Source of the DNA: a virus
Lineage: Duplodnaviria > Caudoviricetes
DNA: 64,000 nt
IMG/VR virus record: IMGVR_UViG_3300037424_000564
Coordinates: 64,001 to 128,000 of that record
Reading direction: 5' to 3' (one strand)
In this document: positions 29,981 through 40,149 of the stretch, in pieces
How the letters are laid out: every line of letters begins with the position of its first letter
How positions within the stretch are numbered: the first letter of the stretch is position 1
Made by a program: the position numbers and the translations under genes
Notes under the pieces: generated by a model
Databases searched by the model: none
What the model was told of the DNA's origin: nothing
The model's input: only the letters and a program-made list of their open reading frames with translations

Positions 29981-30934
29981 TTATTTTAGATTCTTGAAAA
30001 AATCTTCATCGTCACTATCTACATCATCCCCGCCACTATTATCACTTTGATCATCTGTTCCAGATGCTGTAGGGAAAGAATCAGGAATGTTATTATCATC
30101 GGTAAATAGATCTGAGTTATCATCTTTTTTTGGTTCAGGCTTCTGATTTGTATCAGAAGCAGTCAATCCAAGAATCGCCCCTAAAGTTGAAATAACCTTT
30201 TCGTTGGTAGGAAATTTATCTTCTTCCATGAATGGTGAAAGATCATACACTTTACTCATTACAGCACCAATTTTTTCTTCATTACCAAGAGGTCTTCTAA
30301 CATCGAATTTGCTGTTGTCGAAGTTAGGATAATCACCTTGTTTCTTTTGAACATAAATGAAGTTAGCGCCATCATAAAGATCGAATGGAATATATTCTTC
30401 ATACATACCTTCACCAAGAGACTTCATTTCGTCAGATGGGAACATTTTCTCTTTGATTTTATCGAAGATTTTTATCCCATATTTCAAAAGGAATACCTTA
30501 CCTTCATCTTCTGGGTTTGCGGGATTTTTGATTACTAGAATATTTGAAGTGTATTCTAATTTACGTTTACGAGCAGACGCAATTTTCTTATCACTATCAA
30601 ATGATGAATTCCAATATTCTTGATTTTTCTTGCAGATAGGACATTCACGATCATATCCAAAAGTGTTGAGACAATTTTGAATCCAATATTTCTTTACACC
30701 ATCAGCCATGTAATTGAAATTGTGGGTGTAGATCTTTGCCCAAGGAGTACCATCTTGATCAGGGAGGAAACGAATAATAGCAGTTGCATTTCCTTTGTCA
30801 TCTAGAGTTGGACGCCAAAAGCGTTCATCTTTAACAAAACCTTTTTTATCTTGTTGCTTTACATCTTCTTTAACTTTGTTCCAGTCAAATTTGTACTTAC
30901 CAGTAGCCATATGTTTTCTCCTTGTATAACCCAT
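29981..30934 (-). CDS. gp32: single-stranded DNA-binding protein gp32 (start probably MATGKY)
   Basis: DERFW, AIIRFLP, CPICK, FLLKYGIKIFDKI, acidic tail EDFFKNL. Confidence 0.95.
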   Translation of the reverse strand: MGYTRRKHMATGKYKFDWNKVKEDVKQQDKKGFVKDERFWRPTLDDKGNATAIIRFLPDQDGTPWAKIYTHNFNYMADGVKKYWIQNCLNTFGYDRECPICKKNQEYWNSSFDSDKKIASARKRKLEYTSNILVIKNPANPEDEGKVFLLKYGIKIFDKIKEKMFPSDEMKSLGEGMYEEYIPFDLYDGANFIYVQKKQGDYPNFDNSKFDVRRPLGNEEKIGAVMSKVYDLSPFMEEDKFPTNEKVISTLGAILGLTASDTNQKPEPKKDDNSDLFTDDNNIPDSFPTASGTDDQSDNSGGDDVDSDDEDFFKNLK

Positions 30935-31005
30935 TTCTAGGGTGTCTAGTTTACTTTCCTACCATAGGAAAGTGTTATTATACTTTTATTTAGGTTTTTC
31001 TATAT

Positions 31006-31254
31006 TCAGAAAAAATCTAAAATATTATTATCCTTCTTCAACTTAGGGATAAATCCCTTGTCGATGAATTCTTGTTTTATTTTTGGAATTATTGATTTAT
31101 CTAGGACTTCGGTGAGGTCTTCATAATCATGAATACCATTTTGTTCGCAGAATTCGATAATTGCAATAATATATGATTTATTTTTATATGCAGATTCTTC
31201 TATCTGTAGTGATACATTATCAATCATTTTCTTTACCGTAAACAATATATTCAA
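31006..31254 (-). CDS. gp33: late transcription coactivator gp33
   Basis: SYIIAIIEFCEQNGI, KIKQE, acidic/hydrophobic tail LDFF; synteny with gp32. Confidence 0.7.
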   Translation of the reverse strand: MNILFTVKKMIDNVSLQIEESAYKNKSYIIAIIEFCEQNGIHDYEDLTEVLDKSIIPKIKQEFIDKGFIPKLKKDNNILDFF

Positions 31255-31417
31255 ACATTTGGTTGACTTTTTTGATAATTAATTCTTGTATTTCAATCTC
31301 TAATAAATCACCGCTATATTTATAGTCTATTGTTATTTCTCCTTCCTTTGATATTTCAGATATATCGGATACCTTAACTAATTCTTTATTTGTGACATAT
31401 AATAAAGTTTCTTTCAT
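31220..31417 (-). CDS. hypothetical protein
   Basis: 65-aa ORF in operon. Confidence 0.45.
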   Translation of the reverse strand: MKETLLYVTNKELVKVSDISEISKEGEITIDYKYSGDLLEIEIQELIIKKVNQMFEYIVYGKEND

Positions 31418-31424
31418 ATTAATC

Positions 31425-32372
31425 CTAAATTAGATTGCTAATTGCTTCTAAAAACTTTTCATTATCATCATATGATATAGTTATAGCGCCAACTTTATCA
31501 TGTCCTCCTGATGTAATAACATTTATTCCCATTTGTTTTATTATAGCAAACAATTCTTGGATTGTCAAATTTAAGTCCTCGTTATATAAGCGTATTGAAT
31601 AACTAAACTGATCTTCCTGACATTGTTTTAGAATAACGTAGTTTTTGACATCTTTAAATACTAATGTGAAATGGTTAGTGTATTTACAAGCAGGATTTAA
31701 AATAAAAACAGTTGAAGTTTCATCTGATCCAGCAAAATAATTATCAATTGTGTCTTTGACATATAATTCTCTATCTTTTTTAAGATCATTTATAATCTTT
31801 TTGTCTTCATCGTCTAATTTATAACCATATTTGAATTTGCTAAAAAATTTCTCGAAATTATATTCCCAAAATAAATCATTCAATCCATATGCATTATTCC
31901 AGTCTTTATCTGTTTTCATCCATGTATCATATATATTAATCATTCCATTCAAATCATATAAATCAGAATAATTATGGTTTGGATTGATTTGATGTAAAAC
32001 TTCAAGAGTTAATAAACTGGCACACTTCGTTTTATCAATGATACTTATAAAGTTTCCATCAAAACCATAACTTTCAATTAATGCTGTTAGATTGTATTCA
32101 TATACATGGTGATCAATCATTATAATCTTTTTTAGATTTAATTTAATATATACATCATGTAATGATTTAATATGTTCTTCTTTTAAATTTAGATCAGTAA
32201 TCCATAATACATCTGCTGTTTCTTTTTCTAACTTCTTAATCTTTTTAGATAAAGAAGTATAACCGCCTAATAAGTATTGGAAGTCACGTTCTTTATTTTT
32301 TATTGAGTTATAGATATTAATAACACAACCTATACCATCCAGATCATAATGGGAAAGTATTAAATGTTTCAT
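31425..32372 (-). CDS. DHH-family phosphoesterase
   Basis: SHYDLDG, ITDL, IDHH, GGH motifs. Confidence 0.88.
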   Translation of the reverse strand: MKHLILSHYDLDGIGCVINIYNSIKNKERDFQYLLGGYTSLSKKIKKLEKETADVLWITDLNLKEEHIKSLHDVYIKLNLKKIIMIDHHVYEYNLTALIESYGFDGNFISIIDKTKCASLLTLEVLHQINPNHNYSDLYDLNGMINIYDTWMKTDKDWNNAYGLNDLFWEYNFEKFFSKFKYGYKLDDEDKKIINDLKKDRELYVKDTIDNYFAGSDETSTVFILNPACKYTNHFTLVFKDVKNYVILKQCQEDQFSYSIRLYNEDLNLTIQELFAIIKQMGINVITSGGHDKVGAITISYDDNEKFLEAISNLI

Positions 32373-34873
32373 AAGAAAAAATCCTCCAGTGTTTCTTTAA
32401 CCTCTGTTTGCCAATTAATACATTCTAGAATATTATTTAATGGATCGAGAAATGTTTTCTCAAATTGTGTTTCGTAATCGATTTCGAATTTTGTTTGTAA
32501 TTCTTCTGGAAATTTAGTAACAAATCCAATAACATGAGAATGCATAATATTAGGTTCTTTGATATAACAAAACTTAATCTTATCACCATCAGCAATGAGT
32601 TGTAGTTTATCTTCTAGGTTTTCTTTTTTAATAATTGAATTGTATGTCAATGCAGCTCTAGCACCAATAGGTAGTTTTGGAGAATTTAAAGTATAAGTTC
32701 CAATAGTAACTGAACGAGGAAAAGCAACTATTTCAATAGGAGAATTAAAGAATTCTTTTTTGAATGTATTCACTAATTTAATTAGTTCCTCGTTGGAAGC
32801 TGTTGTAAATATAATTTCAACAGCTTCTTTAAGCTTGTTTCTGACTATTTGTGGAGTTGATGATCTTACAATTTCAACTCCCCTAATTTTACGTTTTGGG
32901 TTGTCAAGCATATAAGTACCTTCATCCCAAATTTTATTCATGATATATTTTTTCTTTGCAACGAATATTGATAAGTCAGCAACACATTCAAGTTCCATAT
33001 TGATTGTGTTTTCTCTGAAATTCATATATGATCCCATTTTTTTAAAGAATTCAGCAATAACAGGATCTAGACACTTATCATAGAATGAAAGAATAAAATC
33101 TAATTTAACTTTTTCAGTAGGTTCAATGTCACCAAATCTTTTCTTTATTACTTCTTCACAAGAAAGAAAGCATGAGTCAGTATCATTATATACATTTTTA
33201 ATTATTGGATATGCATCGATTGTTGCTTTTGTTGCGCCTCTAACAGAGACTTGTCCATTAGAAGTAATAGCTTCTGCAATTCTGATATCAAAGTAACGAC
33301 TATAAATGTTAGATAGGAATCCATACCCAGAGTTGAGAAGAATTTTTAGAGTATATTGATAACTATCTGCAATTTTATACTCTCTAGTTTTACCTTCTTT
33401 TTTATATTGTTTAGCTAATATTTTATACTCTTGTCTTTCAGCGAAAAACTTAGAGAATAATTCTGGAATTATACCTTTTTTATCTCTTCTAAAAAATTGA
33501 CCATTGCTAGTGAAAGAGTAATTATATTTACGCAAAATAGGAGCAATTTCAGCTAGATTGTCTATGTCTATACATTTCTTGATACTACCATATTCAGTTC
33601 TAATACGCAATAACTCAGGAGTTAGATCTATATCATTAACTATCGTTTCAGGTGACATATTTGCTGAAATATCTTGGTTAGGATAAGAACTCACAATATC
33701 ATTTACCAAAAGTGATTTATAAAATCCTTTAATTGGTTCGCCTACATAACCACCAATAAAGTCTACTTTGGTATGGTGAATTATAGGAGGACAAAGTATC
33801 TTACGATGAAGTAAATCATTATAAATGATACTATCCCAAGGTTTAACAGTTCCATATATATCTTCTGGTTGGCATTTAGCTTTCTGCATTAACGATAATG
33901 CAACGTTGATAAAATCAAGTTTATCATCTAGTTCATATATTAATGCTGTATCTTTAATATTATATTCTATAAATTTTTGTGGGTTTTGTTCATATAGCCC
34001 AACGAGTGAGCCATATTCTTTTTCATATTCTATTTTTTTCTTGTTAAGTTCGATAAAACATACATGGTCAAGAGTGTATGCTTCTAAGTTTTCTTTAGCA
34101 TATTTTATATACAGATCCATATAGTCCCATATAATGTGACCTTGTAGTTTATATGTTACATTTTCTTGACCTAATTTATTAGTAGATGTATGTTTTGTTA
34201 TATTTCTATCTATTGATAGTTGTTTGGTGAAAGAGGCCCCCATAACTTTAGTGATTCTATTTACTAGATACGGAATATCGAATGTGTCAATATTCCATCC
34301 GGTAATAATTTGGGGATTCATTTCATTCCAAAAAGCTAAAAATTTAACAATAAGATCAGATTCATCTTTACATTTGATATATGTTTCATTAGTGTTTTGA
34401 ACTATGTAATCTTTAATACCAAACGTAAAATAAGTATTTGTGATCATTTCATTTATGGTTATTGCGTTAATGGGATAAGCTGCTTTGTCGGGAAAACAGA
34501 AACCACCACCTTTAACATAAACTTCAATATCTAAGTTAGCTATCGACATTCCTGTTTTATCTAAAACAATATCATTCATGTATTGTGAAGCAATGAATTG
34601 GTTTACTGGTGAGATATCACCTAGAATTTGAAATACATCACGATTTTGTTTTTTCCAATAATTAAACGCATCAATATTGTCAAATACTTTAACAACTACT
34701 GGTTTGCCATAAATGTCATGCCATTTTGTTTTTTCTGTTGGATTTGCGTGATAACCAGCAAAAGGTTTGAAGTTTACTTTATCTGTATATACTTTACCAT
34801 TTTCTGTATATATATGCGTGATTACATTCCTATCAGACTGATAGGCATTAATGAGGGATTTTCCCATAAACAT
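32369..34873 (-). CDS. gp43: family B DNA polymerase gp43
   Basis: Exo DIEV, TGWNIDTFDIPY, YNIKDT; pol DIVSSYP, KILLNSGYG, YNDTDS; no intein seen. Confidence 0.97.
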   Translation of the reverse strand: MFMGKSLINAYQSDRNVITHIYTENGKVYTDKVNFKPFAGYHANPTEKTKWHDIYGKPVVVKVFDNIDAFNYWKKQNRDVFQILGDISPVNQFIASQYMNDIVLDKTGMSIANLDIEVYVKGGGFCFPDKAAYPINAITINEMITNTYFTFGIKDYIVQNTNETYIKCKDESDLIVKFLAFWNEMNPQIITGWNIDTFDIPYLVNRITKVMGASFTKQLSIDRNITKHTSTNKLGQENVTYKLQGHIIWDYMDLYIKYAKENLEAYTLDHVCFIELNKKKIEYEKEYGSLVGLYEQNPQKFIEYNIKDTALIYELDDKLDFINVALSLMQKAKCQPEDIYGTVKPWDSIIYNDLLHRKILCPPIIHHTKVDFIGGYVGEPIKGFYKSLLVNDIVSSYPNQDISANMSPETIVNDIDLTPELLRIRTEYGSIKKCIDIDNLAEIAPILRKYNYSFTSNGQFFRRDKKGIIPELFSKFFAERQEYKILAKQYKKEGKTREYKIADSYQYTLKILLNSGYGFLSNIYSRYFDIRIAEAITSNGQVSVRGATKATIDAYPIIKNVYNDTDSCFLSCEEVIKKRFGDIEPTEKVKLDFILSFYDKCLDPVIAEFFKKMGSYMNFRENTINMELECVADLSIFVAKKKYIMNKIWDEGTYMLDNPKRKIRGVEIVRSSTPQIVRNKLKEAVEIIFTTASNEELIKLVNTFKKEFFNSPIEIVAFPRSVTIGTYTLNSPKLPIGARAALTYNSIIKKENLEDKLQLIADGDKIKFCYIKEPNIMHSHVIGFVTKFPEELQTKFEIDYETQFEKTFLDPLNNILECINWQTEVKETLEDFFL

Positions 34874-34932
34874 TCCTTAGTTAAATTAGTTATTTTACTT
34901 ATTATAATACGAAGTAATCAGATAAGCAAATT

Positions 34933-35172
34933 TTAATGGAAATCGTGATCTTCTTGGGAATCGATATGTTCTTCTGGGGTAGGTTGAGGCGCAGGTTCAC
35001 CTGACCATAATAGGAGGACAGGTTTAAATATAAACATAATACCAGTAATTCTAAAAAGAAACAATAGACAATTACCAAGTAGGAATGCTAATAATTTTAA
35101 TGTTTGAAAAATACCCAAACATAATGCAGGAATAGTCAAAGCGAGTTTTACAATATAAGATTTTTTATTCAT
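34933..35172 (-). CDS. hypothetical membrane protein
   Basis: 79 aa, hydrophobic. Confidence 0.5.
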   Translation of the reverse strand: MNKKSYIVKLALTIPALCLGIFQTLKLLAFLLGNCLLFLFRITGIMFIFKPVLLLWSGEPAPQPTPEEHIDSQEDHDFH

Positions 35173-35183
35173 TTGTTATTCTT

Positions 35184-35642
35184 TCATTTAGTATTGGTTA
35201 ATAACCGATGTAATTTACCGGGATGATAGTGATATGCTTTAAGATTTGGATATTTGCCTATTTGCTGTAAAGCAGCTAAACATACTTCAGAACAAAACCA
35301 TCTAGTTCTTGATTGAAAAGATAGAGGGATTATTTGAGTCAAAAATATACCTGACCAATCATATCCACATTTATCTTCAGAAAGACACCATTGGAAGATA
35401 ATACCATCTTCTTCTTCAGTTGTTGGGATATCAATAATATCCCAACAACTTAAATCAAAAGAATGTTTTGTAAATGCTGTTCTATTTTTTTCAGGATAAG
35501 CTGAAAATGAAATACCTGATTCAAAAATTATTTCAACGTGGAAGTAAGGGCTTGCAGTCCACCAGCAAATAGATTTTTCTATTAATGTTTCAGGATTCTT
35601 TTTAAATGCTATCTTCATAGTATAATAACTTTTCTTGTTCAA
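35184..35642 (-). CDS. permuted papain-like (NlpC/P60, YiiX-like) enzyme
   Basis: SPYFHVEI (His) precedes YDWSG and WFCSEV (Cys); start probably MKIAF. Confidence 0.7.
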   Translation of the reverse strand: MNKKSYYTMKIAFKKNPETLIEKSICWWTASPYFHVEIIFESGISFSAYPEKNRTAFTKHSFDLSCWDIIDIPTTEEEDGIIFQWCLSEDKCGYDWSGIFLTQIIPLSFQSRTRWFCSEVCLAALQQIGKYPNLKAYHYHPGKLHRLLTNTK

Positions 35643-35883
35643 TATCTATTTGTTCATGTTTCAACTCTTGTCGTGTTTTACCCTGTAATCTTCTTTGATT
35701 TCCACACATCCAACAAGAACAAGGAGTTGGTGTATTTACTACGCTAGATAATATTTTACTTTCTTGTGAAATATCATAACCAAAATGATATTTTCTTTTA
35801 TTTCTCAATCTATGATTGTGGTGTCTTCTAATCTCTCGTTTGGATTTTGGATACAGTCGTGGTAGAATTTCTTCTTCGAACAT
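35602..35883 (-). CDS. basic hypothetical protein
   Basis: PCSCWMCGNQRR motif. Confidence 0.55.
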   Translation of the reverse strand: MFEEEILPRLYPKSKREIRRHHNHRLRNKRKYHFGYDISQESKILSSVVNTPTPCSCWMCGNQRRLQGKTRQELKHEQIDIEQEKLLYYEDSI

Positions 35884-35901
35884 ATTTTACTCCAATCTTG
35901 G

Positions 35902-36378
35902 TTATCTGCTTCCTAATTCATTATCAATAATAAGAATGTTGTTTGCTGACATTAGTACACGTTTTTGGATATCTTCTACAGTTTTAACTTCTTCTACTTG
36001 TTCTTTTAGAAACCAAAGTAGCAATTCATAAGTCTGATCATCTTTTAGATCAACACAAATACGTGCTAATGTTTTAAGGTTTTCGAGAGTCTTGTTTTCT
36101 AACTGAACAGTTAGCATAAACATTTGTTCCAGAGAAAGAATTTGCGGTGCGATTTCAGCTAGAGGTTTTAAATGAGGGATATGTCCTTTGTCGCTAATAT
36201 AAGTAAAAAACTTATTAAAGTGAGTATACTCTTCTACTGATTGTTTATCAAACCAAGAAGTTGTCCCGATAAGAGAAAGATAATCTGCAATCCCAGAAAA
36301 TGATTTATACTGATATGAATTAGCTAATTCATTCCCCATTTGAATTTGTAATGCTTCTAAAATTTTTTCATTTAACAT
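35902..36378 (-). CDS. ftnA: non-haem ferritin
   Basis: Ferroxidase ligands: NELANSYQY, QSVEEYTH, QLE, WFLKEQVEE. Confidence 0.88.
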   Translation of the reverse strand: MLNEKILEALQIQMGNELANSYQYKSFSGIADYLSLIGTTSWFDKQSVEEYTHFNKFFTYISDKGHIPHLKPLAEIAPQILSLEQMFMLTVQLENKTLENLKTLARICVDLKDDQTYELLLWFLKEQVEEVKTVEDIQKRVLMSANNILIIDNELGSR

Positions 36379-36388
36379 AATAATATCC

Positions 36389-36637
36389 TTAAGTTACAAT
36401 TTTAACGTTAGGTCCAAGCATTTGATTCGCTTTTGTCTGCATCTTTGTATCAATTTTCTTCCAGCCTTTTTTAAGATCTTTTGAATCAACTGGTTCAATA
36501 TCATCGGTGTCAGCTAATTGTTTCTTAGCTAAAAGTTGTTTCTTAGCTAATTGTTTAGCGGCCTCGTATTCTTTTTGTTGTTGTGTTTGAATAACCTCAT
36601 TCATACGCATTTTTTCTAACACTTTATTAAAATCCAT
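36389..36637 (-). CDS. hypothetical protein
   Basis: 82 aa, GGAG RBS, late-promoter-like TAAATA upstream. Confidence 0.55.
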   Translation of the reverse strand: MDFNKVLEKMRMNEVIQTQQQKEYEAAKQLAKKQLLAKKQLADTDDIEPVDSKDLKKGWKKIDTKMQTKANQMLGPNVKIVT

Positions 36638-36684
36638 GATTTGCTCCTTTATCTATTTACTTTCAAAAGTATTTATATTATTTA

Positions 36685-37614
36685 TTAAATTTTGATTGGT
36701 AAATATTGTTCATAGATTTTAGCTGATTTGACTCTATTCTCTTCCCATGCGATAGATAATTGTCCACCTGAATCATGTAAAAGTTGAATTGTTTCTGTCA
36801 CTGCTATCTTTTTACCATGAATATGATTTTCAATACAAAAAGAAATGTCATAAAAATGGAATCCATCAAAATCTTCATCAAAATCGATACAAGTATCTGG
36901 ATTAAATGCAATAAATACTCCATCGATTACAGCTACAGGTTGTAATTTACCACAAACTTTGTCATTCGTAAAATCAGATTTCCATTGTTTTTTTCCATCA
37001 GTATGCCATACTTTACCCCATAGATTATTTTGATTTGGTGCGTTCTTTTCGTCTAACCACCAAACACAATGAGGATGTAACAAGTCAGTACCAGCCAAAC
37101 CTAAAATATCTACCTCATTATTGTTAAAGATATTAAGGATATTTTTCCCCCAACCTTGTGATTTGAAGTGGACATCATGGTGAATAAAAAGAACAACACA
37201 ATCAATGTATTTTGTTATGGTATCAGCCAGTATTTTATTATAAGATTGTGTTAGTGAAAATTCACCATTGTTAATAAATGGTATCATAATGATTTCGTCT
37301 TTCTTTTGTGAAAGACCAGATGATTTGATAATTTCTTTGTTGAATTTCTTGATGAATCGTTCGTCTCTATTGGTAGAATAGCCAACAATTAATTTAGTTT
37401 TAATTGGATCTTTGTAAAAATAATGATTTAATGATTCACCACATTTAGGACAAATATCAACAATATAATCAGGGTATTCCCAACCATCACTTTCAACTTC
37501 AGTAGTGCATTCATATAGAAATGGTTCATACCCACATCCGTCACAAATACCTGCATTTGGTTTCCCTATATTATATGCTTCTTCGCATTCCAGTTCTTTT
37601 AATACATCATTCAT
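36685..37614 (-). CDS. glycosyltransferase (GT-A, family 2-like) with N-terminal zinc ribbon
   Basis: SLTQSYN, LFIHHDVHF, GLAG, IDGVFIA, FDGFHFYDISFC; N-terminal CDGC...CPKC. Confidence 0.8.
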   Translation of the reverse strand: MNDVLKELECEEAYNIGKPNAGICDGCGYEPFLYECTTEVESDGWEYPDYIVDICPKCGESLNHYFYKDPIKTKLIVGYSTNRDERFIKKFNKEIIKSSGLSQKKDEIIMIPFINNGEFSLTQSYNKILADTITKYIDCVVLFIHHDVHFKSQGWGKNILNIFNNNEVDILGLAGTDLLHPHCVWWLDEKNAPNQNNLWGKVWHTDGKKQWKSDFTNDKVCGKLQPVAVIDGVFIAFNPDTCIDFDEDFDGFHFYDISFCIENHIHGKKIAVTETIQLLHDSGGQLSIAWEENRVKSAKIYEQYLPIKI

Positions 37615-37616
37615 TG

Positions 37617-37910
37617 TTAATCCTTTACTAGTTTACGTTCTTTTACACGTTCAACCCAAGCTAATAGTTGTTGTAGATCCCCACCGGGAACTTTTAAATC
37701 AGGAACAGCATAAATGAAAGTTAAGTCACTCTGTGTTAATCCATAAGTAGCTAATATTGCGGCATATTTCCATTGCCATAACATAGTTTTAATACGATGA
37801 TAAGCAACTAACGGTGCAATTATACCACTTACAAGTACGGTTACTATAGACGTACTAAGGATAATCCACCAAATAATTCTACCAGTCCATTCGAAAATTT
37901 CAATTCCCAT
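37617..37910 (-). CDS. hypothetical membrane protein (start probably MGIEIF)
   Basis: Hydrophobic N-terminal helix; track start at 37988 overlaps upstream gene. Confidence 0.5.
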   Translation of the reverse strand: MGIEIFEWTGRIIWWIILSTSIVTVLVSGIIAPLVAYHRIKTMLWQWKYAAILATYGLTQSDLTFIYAVPDLKVPGGDLQQLLAWVERVKERKLVKD

Positions 37911-38181
37911 TTTTCTTTGCCTTTCTGAAATTAGCAAGAACAGATCCAAATAGAGCAGAGTGAGATAGAATCCATTCAAACATTTCATCGTCTTCTTTTT
38001 TATCTAGTTGGTATTTTGCTTGCATAGTTAAAAAATATCGATATTTTGTTTCTAGCCACCATTCAAATGATTCCATATCAACAACTTCTACTGCTGATAA
38101 CCATGCATCCAATTCAGTTCCAGCTAACATTTCATCAATTGTTGCCATTCCTGCTTGTTTCATTCGTTCATCTAAAGTCAT
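37900..38181 (-). CDS. hypothetical protein
   Basis: 93-aa ORF downstream of promoter 38224-38270. Confidence 0.6.
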   Translation of the reverse strand: MTLDERMKQAGMATIDEMLAGTELDAWLSAVEVVDMESFEWWLETKYRYFLTMQAKYQLDKKEDDEMFEWILSHSALFGSVLANFRKAKKNGN

Positions 38182-38223
38182 TAGTATTCCCCATTATTCT
38201 AATAAAATCTGGCCACATAATAC

Positions 38224-38270
38224 AAATCCTCCTTTCTAGAAGTATAACCCAGAAAGGAGGATTTTGTCAA
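38224..38270 (-). promoter_or_regulatory. sigma70-type promoter with spacer/RBS inverted repeat
   Basis: TTGACA-18 nt-TATACT; 14-bp inverted repeat 38224-38237/38251-38264 carrying AGGAGG. Confidence 0.8.
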
Positions 38271-38287
38271 GTGCAATTTTCCATTTT

Positions 38288-39670
38288 TTACTGAATACCT
38301 TTTTCAGTGTTTACTATGACTTCTTCAAAAGTGATAGTTCTAACAATAGGAATATTATTATAATCATCAAGTTTGAATACTTCTTTGAGAGCAATAACTT
38401 CATTACCTACTTCATCTAGTCTACAAGTAGTAAGACCTTCGTTAGTTTCAATGAGAGTTAATCTACCTTTTTTGCTATTTTTACCGGGAGCAATTTTGAA
38501 CACATCTTGCCATTCTCCATCAATAAGAATAGCACAACATTTCATTGCAAATCCAAAGGTATCACGGTTAGAATGTTGTAGTAGTGCGCCACCCATACCA
38601 AATCCAACATTATCAGCAGCAAATCCTTTCCATTTGAGAAGAGATAGGATTTCTTCAATAGAATCACGATTGATTCCATCGCCTTGAATAACTCTAACAC
38701 AACTAGGAAGAACTTTATATCCTTTGCTATTAATAGTGAAACCAAAATGTTTCATTAGGATTTCAACACAACGAGCAACGGTTTGTGCTGGATCACCAGA
38801 GTCAGGACGAATGACCAGAGTGCCGCCCATATTAATTACTTCTTCTTTTAGTTCAGTTCCCCACATTTCACAGGCATTGAAAATATTGTAACTATCAGAT
38901 ACACATGCTACAATATTCCCCGGCCCACCATATTGCTGAAGCATATTGCGATATGCTTCGACTTCTTTATCCTGACCCCAAGATGTGATTGTGCTGTGTT
39001 CAGATGCTGGAATGCTAAAACCAGCCATAGCACAATTATAGTATTCATTAGCATACAGAATACCTTCAACAGTATCACTTCCCATGAAGTTGACAAGGTG
39101 AGCAGATCCACCAATTCCAGCAGATTCACTAGAACTTACGCCCCTTGCACCAAAATCATGAAGTTTGAACATAACTTGATCTTGATCATCAGAAGTCAGT
39201 TCCAGATACTTCTTGATTGTTTGCTTACAATCATAGGAAATAGTGGCAACAGAAGAAGGATACCAAATAGCACGTAGTAGTGCAGTTTCAAGGAAACTAG
39301 CAATCCAGAAACATTTTGGATCTGTACATTCGATAGTAAGGAGGACATTACTATTACGAAGAACAGTACCTTCTGGTACAGCTTTGATAATTACTGGCAT
39401 AAAGCCATTATATGTTTTAAGAATATATTCCCATCCTTCACGATTGAAGGGTTCCCCATGACTAGCAAAAAAGATAGCGGCTTGATCAATATCTTTTTGC
39501 GTGATGGGGTTTAGAAGATGGTCTTTGATGAAAATCTGAAGACCATAAAATAGTAGATGACTTCCGGCTCTTGCCTCAATATAAGACATCATTCCTTGGG
39601 TCTTAGGAGGGTATTGTTTCCAGTGACTACTTTTATAGCTATCACTTTTGAGAATTAGATTGTTGACCAT
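38288..39670 (-). CDS. nadV: nicotinamide phosphoribosyltransferase
   Basis: DSYKSSH, LHDFGARG, IPASEHS, ACVSDSY, IRPDSGDP, QGDG, FGMGG. Confidence 0.95.
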   Translation of the reverse strand: MVNNLILKSDSYKSSHWKQYPPKTQGMMSYIEARAGSHLLFYGLQIFIKDHLLNPITQKDIDQAAIFFASHGEPFNREGWEYILKTYNGFMPVIIKAVPEGTVLRNSNVLLTIECTDPKCFWIASFLETALLRAIWYPSSVATISYDCKQTIKKYLELTSDDQDQVMFKLHDFGARGVSSSESAGIGGSAHLVNFMGSDTVEGILYANEYYNCAMAGFSIPASEHSTITSWGQDKEVEAYRNMLQQYGGPGNIVACVSDSYNIFNACEMWGTELKEEVINMGGTLVIRPDSGDPAQTVARCVEILMKHFGFTINSKGYKVLPSCVRVIQGDGINRDSIEEILSLLKWKGFAADNVGFGMGGALLQHSNRDTFGFAMKCCAILIDGEWQDVFKIAPGKNSKKGRLTLIETNEGLTTCRLDEVGNEVIALKEVFKLDDYNNIPIVRTITFEEVIVNTEKGIQ

Positions 39671-39814
39671 TTAAATGCACTCCTTTTTATTGTCTTCTTC
39701 AACAATTAGGCTAAGTTGGCCGCAAGCAGCACCTGCATTGATTTCAGCCTCAGTAGCAATAGCAGTAGCAAAATCGAAACCAGCTTCTTTGAGTTGTTCT
39801 TGTACAGTTTTCAT
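39671..39814 (-). CDS. 47-aa peptide equal to the C-terminal helix-strand-AACGQL segment of RlmN/Cfr enzymes
   Basis: Translated by hand: MKTVQEQLKEAGFDFATAIATEAEINAGAACGQLSLIVEEDNKKECI; RBS GAAAGGAAGTGAT; TAA directly followed by the nadV ATG. Confidence 0.85.
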   Translation of the reverse strand: MKTVQEQLKEAGFDFATAIATEAEINAGAACGQLSLIVEEDNKKECI

Positions 39815-39888
39815 AGTATCACTTCCTTTCTGTTATAGGATTATTCCCAATAGATTGTATATCTAAATATTTCCTTCTGATCTTTGCA

Positions 39889-40083
39889 TCAATTATGGTC
39901 TACTACCTTAATGAAGATAGTTTTAGTGAAGGACTGTTGACCGTTAGGATCAACATATCTTGGTTGATGAATCGCAGTAAACTCATATGTTCCATCAACC
40001 AAAGCAACGAATTCGACAATAAGATCCCGGTTATCAACCCTAAATTGATCACATACCATCTGAGCAACAACTGAGTTTTTCAT
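39889..40083 (-). CDS. small hypothetical protein
   Basis: 64 aa, AAGGAG RBS, TTGACA-17-TATTCT promoter at about 40100-40132. Confidence 0.65.
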   Translation of the reverse strand: MKNSVVAQMVCDQFRVDNRDLIVEFVALVDGTYEFTAIHQPRYVDPNGQQSFTKTIFIKVVDHN

Positions 40084-40149
40084 ATATCTCCTTGTTTAAA
40101 TAGAATACGATAATTTTAGTTTTATGTCAATTAAAAAATTCAATTCCAT

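Noticed and set aside
34933-35642. Two adjacent ORFs both annotated as starting MNKKSY
   Set aside because: The second uses a TTG inside the upstream gene and probably starts at MKIAF; DNA similarity is low, so likely coincidence.
39675-39866. Plus-strand 63-aa ORF in the track
   Set aside because: Antisense shadow of the real minus-strand 47-aa AACGQL ORF, which has an RBS and a family motif.
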